A stretch of DNA of 64,000 nt from Candidatus Tectimicrobiota bacterium (GTDB lineage Bacteria > JACPUC01): positions 78,902-142,901 of the forward strand of contig JACPUC010000026.1 of assembly GCA_016192455.1 (NCBI GenBank), written 5' to 3'. The notes under the pieces are model-generated. The model searched no databases and was not told where the DNA came from. It saw only the letters and a program-made list of their open reading frames with translations. A program made the translations under genes and the position numbers. Below are positions 28,570 to 36,579 of the stretch, piece after piece (positions within the stretch are counted from its first letter, which is position 1; each line of letters begins with the position of its first letter).

Positions 28570-30927
28570 TCAACCTTTTCCGTATCGCCATTGTATTTCA
28601 CCGCACTGACATTGCACCCACTCCGCGCTCTCAGCGTCGGCCAACCAAACTCCCCTGCGGCACGACGAACATATGAACGACTCAAGGGCTTTTTCACAGG
28701 CGTCAATCACCTTAACCGCTTCCTGGCGAACTAAATCGAGTGTGTGAGTTCCACGGTTGGCCCAGGACACAAGCAGCCTATCCGCTTTGTCAAGCGCGCC
28801 CGTCGCATCCGAATGGGCTACGTACTCCTGTCCCACCTTTTTCCGGAAGCACTTCTTCCCGTCCGCCACGAAGCGATCGAGAAAGTCGTGCGCTATACGT
28901 TTGTCATTCTTTTCGGCGCGAAGGTAAGGCAATCTGATTCGAAGGCGCTCAGCGATCAGTGCGAGCTCGACGTCCATGATTTTCCTGGCATCAGTTCCCG
29001 CCGAGTCAGGACGATCATTGAGCTGGGCACGAGCGTCGTCGAAGGTCGTCGTTTTGTGCGACCATCGAATACCAACCGTCGGCGTCTCATAGGGCAACAG
29101 GGTCTTAAAGGTCCAACTGTTGCCGTGAAGCTGCTGCCTAAGCTCTGTGTACCACTCACGATCATGTGTCAAGATCACCACCTGCCGCTTGGCGAACTCC
29201 TTCTCCAGCAGCTCTCTAATCATGCCTCTGTGATTCCGATCGAGACTAATAACCACATCATCGAGGAAAAGGGGTCTATCCATCTTGGCTTCGCGCTTAG
29301 CCATCGCTAAGAAGATACAGAGACCGAGGCTGTTTCTATAGCCCTCCGATAAGGTAAGCCTTGGCGATTCCTGTTCATGGCCGTGGAAGTTCAAGCCAAT
29401 ATCGATGGCTTTATCCACATCATTCGGAAAGTACAGGCGCACATTTTCGATTGGTTCTCCAGGGTGCAGGATAGACCACATTGATTGGATATCTACAGAG
29501 ATATCCTCAATCACCTTTTGTGACCGAAGTCTGATCTCCTCACGGACACCCTTTTCAAGCGAACTAACAAAATCTCTCAGAGCTTCAGCACGAGCCACTG
29601 CTGCCGCTTGCCCCTTACCCTCGATCACAGCTTTGCCCACCTCGACGGTCTGCCGGTCGGTCGAGAGCTGGCGGACATCGGGAGGCGCGTCCTCCCACGC
29701 CTTCCTTGCTAAATTGATCACCGGAAGCAGATTGGCCTCAAGTGTCTTGAGGTCTGCATCGTTGCAAGAGGTTCGAAGCACGTCCACGTTGAAGCTGTCC
29801 AAAAACGCAATCCGGTCAGCGAGCGGACCCTTGGTAATTTCGTCGCGCCAGGCCTTGATCGCGGGCTTTGAAAGGTTGGACTGGAGCGATTTACAGGTGT
29901 CACAGAGAGTCCCAACTTCTGCTTTGCGGGTATTGTAAACGTTGATGATTTTATGAAGCCGCTCGCGCTCCGACTTCAAGTGTGCCTGAAGGTTCTCCAA
30001 CGGAATGGCCCGTCCGCAGGCGGGACAATTGACTTCTTTTGCTTCTCCCAATTTGTCGAGGAACGTGACGGTCGTCTGCAACACCTCCAATTTCTCAGCG
30101 ATCAGAGGATCAACAGAGTCAGCAAACTTCATGCTAACCGAGCGCACGGCATCAATGCAATGCTTAAGGTTAATTTCGGCTACATCTTGGAGTGCGAAGT
30201 TCCTTCTCTGGTCGGCCAAGGAGCGGTCGATCCGCGTCTCCAGCTCCGCCTCCAACTCTTTGCAGCGAGATAGAGGGTCCTTCGTGGTGGCCTCGTTAGC
30301 GCAATACCTCGCGTGGAGTGTCGCTATCTTGCTGGCGATCTGGTCATCGTTGTCCGCACCAAATGTCGCCGCACGACTGTTCTTTATCCTCCCAAGCGCA
30401 ACCTTAGTGTCCTCAAACTTCGACTGTTGCGCTATCATCTTTGAGAGCTGCCGGAGGTTCTCGGCAGCAACCTCCATTTGGTGAAGTCCGAGGAGCGGAA
30501 GGAGGGTGGAGTACTTGTCTCCCTTAGTGTCGTGAATGAAGGCCGCAACCTCGTCCTGCCTCAGTACCGTGCGGTGGTATTCCCAAGTGGGCATCGCGAC
30601 GACCTCCGCACCGGAGCTTTTCGGAGAGCCGTCCGGCTTTATCTGGACCGTGAGCTCCGCGTCGTTTGTGAATGTGATCCTTAGTTCTGTCTTCCGGTCC
30701 CTCGGCTTATGTGTATTAGGTATGGCCTTCTCCTGGTGTTTCCCGCTGTACTCGTGTGAGAGATGACCAATCCTGCCATTGTGAAGAACGTACTCAACAG
30801 CATCGACGAAAGACGATTTTCCCGCTCCATTGTTTCCGTACACGACCATTGACTTGCTGTCGGGATCCAACGCCACTGGGTCGGCGGCACCCCGGAACCA
30901 CGACAGTTGGATGGACTTGATTCTCAC
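28570..30927 (-). CDS. Rad50/SbcC/RecF-like SMC-type ABC ATPase with coiled-coil zinc hook and novel C-terminal Zn-ribbon domain
   Basis: GTG start. N-lobe MRIKSIQLSWFRGA...VVYGNNGAGKSSFVDAVEYVL (Walker A). Hook-like CPACGRAIPLE...LCDTC in mid coiled coil. C-lobe LSEGYRNSLGL (signature), RPLFLDDVVISLD (Walker B/D-loop), VVILTHD (H-loop). Then ~190 aa unrecognised ending CSSCRRGVW...WVQCQCGEIQW. Confidence 0.8.
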   Translation of the reverse strand: MRIKSIQLSWFRGAADPVALDPDSKSMVVYGNNGAGKSSFVDAVEYVLHNGRIGHLSHEYSGKHQEKAIPNTHKPRDRKTELRITFTNDAELTVQIKPDGSPKSSGAEVVAMPTWEYHRTVLRQDEVAAFIHDTKGDKYSTLLPLLGLHQMEVAAENLRQLSKMIAQQSKFEDTKVALGRIKNSRAATFGADNDDQIASKIATLHARYCANEATTKDPLSRCKELEAELETRIDRSLADQRRNFALQDVAEINLKHCIDAVRSVSMKFADSVDPLIAEKLEVLQTTVTFLDKLGEAKEVNCPACGRAIPLENLQAHLKSERERLHKIINVYNTRKAEVGTLCDTCKSLQSNLSKPAIKAWRDEITKGPLADRIAFLDSFNVDVLRTSCNDADLKTLEANLLPVINLARKAWEDAPPDVRQLSTDRQTVEVGKAVIEGKGQAAAVARAEALRDFVSSLEKGVREEIRLRSQKVIEDISVDIQSMWSILHPGEPIENVRLYFPNDVDKAIDIGLNFHGHEQESPRLTLSEGYRNSLGLCIFLAMAKREAKMDRPLFLDDVVISLDRNHRGMIRELLEKEFAKRQVVILTHDREWYTELRQQLHGNSWTFKTLLPYETPTVGIRWSHKTTTFDDARAQLNDRPDSAGTDARKIMDVELALIAERLRIRLPYLRAEKNDKRIAHDFLDRFVADGKKCFRKKVGQEYVAHSDATGALDKADRLLVSWANRGTHTLDLVRQEAVKVIDACEKALESFICSSCRRGVWLADAESAEWVQCQCGEIQWRYGKG

Positions 30928-31178
30928 TCGTCCGCCTCCACCTTTGGCGGGACAGGCGCCATATCTTTGAGGAGTAAGTTGGCTAATTCAGTCAAATCAG
31001 TGGGACGAAGCTGACGCTTTCCGAGTTCATCTCTGATAAGCTCCCTCATCCGAATAGCAACGGCATCTGTCACGGTTGGATAGGCTTTCTGCGCATCGCC
31101 AACGCGCTTGGATATCCAGTTTTCCTCTCCTTCCACTGCCGTCGCCTCCCTGTTAGTCAAGCTGCCAGGAAAAGCCAC
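30924..31178 (-). CDS. small hypothetical protein (84 aa) translationally coupled to the ATPase (GTGA overlap)
   Basis: Its stop TGA (30926..30924) overlaps the GTG start (30927..30925) of the ATPase. Lies in the same low-GC island. Start uncertain (GTG, or internal Met MRELIRDELG). Confidence 0.4.
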   Translation of the reverse strand: MAFPGSLTNREATAVEGEENWISKRVGDAQKAYPTVTDAVAIRMRELIRDELGKRQLRPTDLTELANLLLKDMAPVPPKVEADE

Positions 31179-31234
31179 ATAGCATTCTCTAGCTTCTTGC
31201 TAAACACGGTCCTCACTGCGCAGCGCCAGCGTCA

Positions 31235-32362
31235 TCAGCTCCAGCCGTAGAAGCGCTTGGCGTTCGTGCAGAGAATCTTCTCCACCGCCACGGCGGAGAG
31301 GTCCTGCCGGGCGCGCAGCTCCTTCACGGCGTAGCGGTCGCGGTCGCCATGCGGCATGTCGGAGGCGAAGAGAATTTGGTCTTCGCCGACAAGCTGCAAT
31401 GCTTGCGGCAGGAGGTCGTCCTCGACCTCCGTGTTGAAGAAGAGGCGCCCGCCGGCGACGTACTCGGCGGCGCGCTCCGCCGCCACCGGCTTGGGGAGCG
31501 GCAGGAACTTCGCGATGGCGTTGAGGAAGGTGCGGCGATGATCGAGCCGGTGGGTCATGAAGTGAATCCATTCGCAGCCGGCCTCCATGAAGCCGATGCG
31601 CAGGTTCGGGAAGCGATCCAGGAGGTCGCTGGTGAGGATGGCCGCGAAGCCCATGAGGACCGGGAAGAGGAAGGCGATGACGGTCGAGGTGAGGAGATTG
31701 GGGGCCAAGCTGGAGAGTTGCGGGCTGGCCCAGCCGACGTGCAGCGCCACGGGCAGGTCCTGCGCCGCGACCTCTTCCCAGAACGGCAGCAGGCGCGGGT
31801 GGCTGAGCATGTCGTTGCCCGCCAGGCCCAGGAGCATGATGCCGCTGGCGTGCAGCTCCGTCTTCAGCCGACGCACCTCCGCCACCGCCGCGGAAACGTT
31901 ATCCAGCGGCATCACCCCCACCCAGCCGAAACGCTCGTCGCCGCCGCGCAGGTCGCACATCCAGTTGTTGTAGGCGCGGCAGAGGGCGGCCTGGAAGTCG
32001 GGATCGGCGGTGAGGGGATAGGCGAGGAAGAGGGTGGGGTAGAGAACCTGCACGTCGATGTTCTCGGCCTGCATGTCGGCGAAGCGCGCCGCGCGGTCGC
32101 GCAGCTCGAGGCTCTCCAGACTCTCCGGCTTGCCGCGGGTGAAGGGCGTCAGCTTGCCCTGGTAGTGGGCCGGCGTGCCGAGGTTCGAGGCGCCGGGACC
32201 ATGCCGGCGCGGCAGGGTCACATCATCGATGAGCCAAAACGCCTGCTCGAACGGTCCCGGAATGACCATGGGCCGTCGATTGCGGAAGCGCGGCTCCAGG
32301 TACGCGTCGCTGAAGGTTGCCTCGCACTCCTCGATGTGCGCGTCGGCGTCGATGACTTTCAT
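31235..32362 (-). CDS. amidohydrolase-2 family metal-dependent hydrolase (ACMSD-like TIM barrel)
   Basis: Internal Met MKVIDADAHIEE (HxH-type metal site) with GGGGAGG RBS. The upstream 61 codons of the track ORF are GC-rich read-in. Confidence 0.7.
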   Translation of the reverse strand: MKVIDADAHIEECEATFSDAYLEPRFRNRRPMVIPGPFEQAFWLIDDVTLPRRHGPGASNLGTPAHYQGKLTPFTRGKPESLESLELRDRAARFADMQAENIDVQVLYPTLFLAYPLTADPDFQAALCRAYNNWMCDLRGGDERFGWVGVMPLDNVSAAVAEVRRLKTELHASGIMLLGLAGNDMLSHPRLLPFWEEVAAQDLPVALHVGWASPQLSSLAPNLLTSTVIAFLFPVLMGFAAILTSDLLDRFPNLRIGFMEAGCEWIHFMTHRLDHRRTFLNAIAKFLPLPKPVAAERAAEYVAGGRLFFNTEVEDDLLPQALQLVGEDQILFASDMPHGDRDRYAVKELRARQDLSAVAVEKILCTNAKRFYGWS

Positions 32363-32638
32363 TCCATTGCCTCCCCGCGCCCAGGAGCGCGCGGCTGCCA
32401 CCGGGCCCTCCCTGCGCCGCCGGCCGCGCGGAGAGGCTTCTCCCCCCGCGCCCGGCCGGCCTCCCCGCCGCACCGACGGCCCCCCGCGCTGCCGCCGGCC
32501 GCGCCGGAGGCCATCAGGGTTATTCCTGGAACGTGAAATGACCAAAAAGACGGTCCGCTACCTTGCCTAAGCCGCAACATCCCACCTGGCGCGCGCTTTT
32601 GGACCATTTCCCGAGGAGCTGCGTTCGCCTGGTTGTCC

Positions 32639-33439
32639 CTAAGTGACATCTGGAAAGTCCGGTTCAAGTTGCAGGACGTCGGCGATCTTCGTGTAGGTGT
32701 TAAAGAGTTGCGCCGTCTGCACCACCTCCCTGATGCCTTTCTCGGTGACGCCGAGGCGCAGGGCCTGGGTGCGGTGCAGATCAAGACCGAAGGGGGAGCG
32801 CGCCGCCACCGCGACTCCCAGGGCGATGCATTCCTTGAACTTGCGCCTCAGGACGCGATCGGCGAAGGCGGCCTGCACCGTGTTCCAAGTGTCGCGCAGG
32901 TAGCCCGGATCGCTTGCCAGGTAGCGATAGACCGCCGGCACGTCCGTCGTGCCGTAGTAGGCATTGATGTCGGCAAAGATCGGCAGCACGCCGCGATCCA
33001 GCTCGTCATCGGCGGGGAGCGGCACAAGCGGCTGACGCGCCCCGCCGGCCGCCGCGAAGGGGAGCGGCAGCACCAGGCTCTCCGCGAGCGACAGGAGGCC
33101 GTTCGTGGCCCCCGTGACGAAGGCGGTCTCGTACCAGACGGCGTCGTTCTCCATGCCCTGCAGCTTCCCGGCTGCGGTGTGGAAGTTCGTTCAGTAGCGA
33201 CAGGAATTCATGCCGCTGACGGCGGCGGCGATGATCTCCTTCTCGGCGCGCCTCAGCTCGCCATCCGGCATGGCGCGCTTCATGGCGCGGCCGTTGTGAT
33301 CGCGGAACTCCGGCAGCGCCAGGAGCACGCGGCCCATCTTCGGGGTGAAGTCGATCTTGAACCAGGCGCGCGAGGCGGCGAAGAGCTTCTGCTCCTCCGC
33401 CGAGTACTCCTCCGCGCCGCGGATACGTACGGTGGCCAT
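32639..33439 (-). CDS. AhpD/carboxymuconolactone-decarboxylase-family protein, probable selenoprotein (TGA at 33193..33191 gives C-R-Y-U-T-N-F-H = CxxUxxxH)
   Basis: Track ORFs 33191..33439(-) (...AAVSGMNSCRY) and 32639..33154(-) (MENDAVW...) are in the same frame, separated only by TGA plus 12 sense codons (TNFHTAAGKLQG). Read-through reconstitutes the AhpD CxxCxxxH active-site spacing with Sec in place of the second Cys. Hairpin GCAGC-CGGGAA-GCTGC at 33175..33160, 15 nt after the TGA. Confidence 0.65.
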
Positions 33440-33685
33440 TGACTCTCCCTACTCCTATCCAGTCTCCAGCGCGGCCGGAACGGCCGCGCTCCTCCATGGC
33501 CTCCTCAGGCTCTTTTGTCAAAGGGTGAGGAGAGGCGTCGGATACCGCAGCACCTTGTCCTGGAGAAGGTGTGACGCCCGGCCTCACTCCGGTTTGAACG
33601 ACTGCGAAACCCGCCGCCGACCTTGAGATCGGCGCAGAAGGACCCCTCCCCCTACACCTGACACGGCAAATGCGGAACGGCGAGG

Positions 33686-35155
33686 TTACGCCTTCACCTT
33701 CTCCGCCTCCGCCCCGGCGAAGATGTCGCTGTACTTGTCCAGAATCTTCGTGCGCAGCTCCTTGCTGGCGATGTTGGTGCGCGGGAACTTGTCCTTCCAG
33801 GCGTAGGGCTTGCAAGCGTTGATGATGACGCGCGAGGTGTTCTGCTGGCCGTGCGCCATCTCGAAGCGCATGTGCGGCGAGATGATGGGGTCGATCGGCG
33901 AGCTCCAGCACTCGCGGATCAGGTCCATGTCCCGCTCCGGCTCGCAGCGCGTGGCCACCGCCCACATGACGTCCTCGAGGCTGGTGATGTCGACGTCCTC
34001 GTCGACGACGATGACGTAGCGGCCGCAGTAGGCGCTCCCCTTGCTCCCCATGGCCACGAGGCCGGCCTGCTTGGCGTGCCCGGCGTAGCGCTGGCGGATC
34101 GACACGACGGTGATGAAGGGGAACCAGCTCCCGAACTGCCACACCCCCTGCACATCCGGCACCCCCACCTTGTTGAGGGCGTCCCAGGTCTCGCCGGCAT
34201 TGAAGGGAACCGTCGTGAACCAGTGGCTCGGGAACTTGAACGGCGGGGCGCCGAGGATGATGGGCTTGCTGCGAAACATCACCGACTTGACGCGGATGAT
34301 GAGCTGCGGGTGCGGCCCCACCGCATAGTAGCCGGTGAACTCGCCGAACGGTCCCTCCATGCGCATCTCTTCGTTGCGCGGCGGGATTTCGCCCTCGATG
34401 ACGATCTCGGCGGTGGCCGGGATGGGGAGGTCGGTGATGACGCCGCGGGTGACCTCGATGGGCGCGCCGCGCAGATGCCCCGCGAAGTCGTACTCACTCA
34501 TGGCGTAGGGGAAGAAGGTGGCGCAGCAGACGAAGAGAAGGGGATCGTGCCCCACCGAGACCGCCACCGGCGCGGCTTCGCCACGTTCGTGGTACTTCTG
34601 CAGGAAGAGGTAGCCGTGTTTGCCGGGGCTGATCCACAAGCCGAGCGTCTTCTCGTCGTGCACTTCCATGCGGTAGGTGGCGAGGTTGATCCAGTCCTCC
34701 CCCGGCGCCCGCATGATCACGGTATCGCCGGTGCCGAGGTAGCGGCCGGGATCGTTCTCATGCCATTTCGGCGAGGGGAAGTCGAAGAGGTTGATCTGGT
34801 CGCCCGTGAGCACATGCTCCTTCACCGGGGCGTCATCTACCCAGCGCGGCGGCACGGGCTTGATCTCCCGCGTGCGCTTGATCCAGTACTTCAGCATCTC
34901 GAACGGCGGCGTCTCCGGGTGCTGATCGAGAATGAGCGCGGTGCGCTTGTTGCTCGCCAGCGGATTGGCGAAGACGCGATGGCCCTTGGGGTAACCGGGG
35001 ATGTCATCAAACAGCGGGGCGGGGCTGTTGGGGATTTCCGCCAGAAGCTCGGTGATGGCGCCGATCTCGAGGTCCCAGTGGGCGCCGCTGATGTGCTTCA
35101 CCTCGCCGATCCTGTCACACGTGTCGATGAACTCACGCAAGTCCTTGAATGGCAT
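33686..35155 (-). CDS. UbiD-family (prFMN-dependent) decarboxylase
   Basis: Internal Met MPFKDLREFIDT with GAGGGG RBS. UbiD-like length and motifs throughout (e.g. ...EGPFGEFTGYY...). Confidence 0.8.
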   Translation of the reverse strand: MPFKDLREFIDTCDRIGEVKHISGAHWDLEIGAITELLAEIPNSPAPLFDDIPGYPKGHRVFANPLASNKRTALILDQHPETPPFEMLKYWIKRTREIKPVPPRWVDDAPVKEHVLTGDQINLFDFPSPKWHENDPGRYLGTGDTVIMRAPGEDWINLATYRMEVHDEKTLGLWISPGKHGYLFLQKYHERGEAAPVAVSVGHDPLLFVCCATFFPYAMSEYDFAGHLRGAPIEVTRGVITDLPIPATAEIVIEGEIPPRNEEMRMEGPFGEFTGYYAVGPHPQLIIRVKSVMFRSKPIILGAPPFKFPSHWFTTVPFNAGETWDALNKVGVPDVQGVWQFGSWFPFITVVSIRQRYAGHAKQAGLVAMGSKGSAYCGRYVIVVDEDVDITSLEDVMWAVATRCEPERDMDLIRECWSSPIDPIISPHMRFEMAHGQQNTSRVIINACKPYAWKDKFPRTNIASKELRTKILDKYSDIFAGAEAEKVKA

Positions 35156-35684
35156 TGTGTCCCCTCTCTTAGCTGGTTCTGGCACCACGGACGGTGGTCT
35201 TGACGGGCGCAGCCGTCTCCCTCCCGTGCACGTCTGCTGCGCCTCTCCTCTTCTTCAACTTGAAGCCTCACCCCTCTGGGCTCTTGGTCGAACCTCGAAC
35301 TCAGGCCGAGAGTCCTTGCGGGGGAGACCTTGGGATCATCCTGAAGAGCGCCGCCAGCCGCGACGCTGCATGTCATATCATACCTTTCGTCAAGGCCGGG
35401 GTCAATTCTCACTGGCGCGAGGTGCGGGTGTCTGGCGGACCGACCTCGCCACGGCCCCGCTCCCTCACCGCATCAGGAGACGCCGCCATCGCCTTCGGAG
35501 GCCACGCCGCCACTACGCGGCCCATCACCCCTATTCTCCCGAACCGTCGGGGAGCGCCGCGCCCCGGGGCGCCTCGCCCACCGCCGTTCCCGGTCGAAAC
35601 GTCCGCCTGACAGGCTTCGCGCCGCGAAAGATGCCGGCCCCTCTGCCGCAAGGCGCAAGAGAACTAGGAATGATACTCAGCATA

Positions 35685-35701
35685 TGATAGAATGCTTGAC
35701 A
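35685..35701 (+). promoter_or_regulatory. AT-rich divergent promoter region with extended -10 (TGaTAGAAT, 35685..35693) and TTGACA (35696..35701)
   Basis: Only conspicuously AT-rich stretch in the GC-rich UbiD/tautomerase intergenic region; also contains short inverted repeat AGCAT-N8-ATGCT. Confidence 0.3.
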
Positions 35702-35804
35702 GACAAGGAGACGAGCCGGGCGTCCGCCCAAGGACCCGGCCAGCTCCCTGGCACGAGGCGCGCGCCGGGCCGGGGGAACGTGCTACCACGCAGGAGGGGA
35801 GAGC

Positions 35805-36086
35805 ATGGCAACGGTTATCGTGAACACCACCGCGGGCAAGACGATGGCGCAGAAGCGTGCGGTCATCGCCGAGATCACCGACACGGTTGAGAAGCACTTC
35901 AAGCTGCCCCGCGGGGTGATCCGGGTGTACGTGAACGAGGTGGCGCGGACGAACGTGGCGGACGGCGGCGTGATCTTTGCCGAGCGGGACAAGAAGGCGA
36001 AGGCGAAACCGAAGAAGGCGGCCCCAACGAACAGCGCGGCGGCGAAGAAGCGGGTGGCGGCTAAGAGCAAGGCGAAGGCGAAGTAG
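35805..36086 (+). CDS. tautomerase (4-OT)-family protein with C-terminal Lys/Ala-rich histone-H1-like tail
   Basis: MATVIVNTTAGKTMAQKRAVIAEITDTVEKHFKLPRGVIRVYVNE matches the tautomerase beta-alpha-beta pattern; tail KKAKAKPKKAAPTNSAAAKKRVAAKSKAKAK. Confidence 0.6.
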   Translation: MATVIVNTTAGKTMAQKRAVIAEITDTVEKHFKLPRGVIRVYVNEVARTNVADGGVIFAERDKKAKAKPKKAAPTNSAAAKKRVAAKSKAKAK

Positions 36087-36159
36087 GGCGGCGTGGCGCG
36101 CCCTGCCGCCTCCGCAGGAGGCGGGACGCCGCTGCGGGCCGTGGGTCCTCTGCCGCCGC

Positions 36160-36519
36160 TCACCCTGCGGCCGAGGATGACTCGTTGGCCTCCGGGGGCG
36201 CCAGCTCCATGTCCGGCAGGTGGGGATCACCGCGCCGATGCACGTTGGTGCTGATCATGACGGCGCAGCCCGGGCAGAAGTATTGGCGGCAGACCATGTC
36301 GTCGCGCGGCGACAGCGCGTTGAGCGGGTTCACCTCGGCGAGGGGCACTTCGCGGTAGACGGCGCCCTGCTTCGGGTCCCGCGACACCGGGCCGTAGACG
36401 TGGCCGCAACGGTTACAGATGAGCACCAGGCCGCCCTCCTGTTCGGCCACCTCGAGGGCTTCGCCGATGCGCAGCCCCGGGTAAATCCAGCCCGAGGCTC
36501 GCTTGCTTTGCTCGTCCAT
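36160..36519 (-). CDS. acetone/acetophenone-carboxylase gamma-subunit-like small zinc-ribbon protein
   Basis: 119 aa with CNRCGH and YFCPGC Cys pairs, directly downstream of two HyuB-like genes. Confidence 0.55.
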   Translation of the reverse strand: MDEQSKRASGWIYPGLRIGEALEVAEQEGGLVLICNRCGHVYGPVSRDPKQGAVYREVPLAEVNPLNALSPRDDMVCRQYFCPGCAVMISTNVHRRGDPHLPDMELAPPEANESSSAAG

Positions 36520-36579
36520 CCCTGATTCCCCCCAAGGAGTTCGCTCCCGGCGCGGCCCCTGCGCAGGGCGAAGCGAGCC

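Larger units (their letters stand above)
28556..31234. other. low-GC genomic island (putative horizontally acquired defence-type locus) inserted between amidase and amidohydrolase genes
   Basis: Abrupt, visible drop in G+C and change in codon style compared with both flanks; two co-oriented coupled genes; no integrase or tRNA seen. Confidence 0.6.

Noticed and set aside
33006-35203. Minus ORF 33006..34142 (378 aa) and plus ORF 33851..35203 (450 aa)
   Set aside because: Off-frame or antisense shadows of the UbiD-family gene and the AhpD-like gene.
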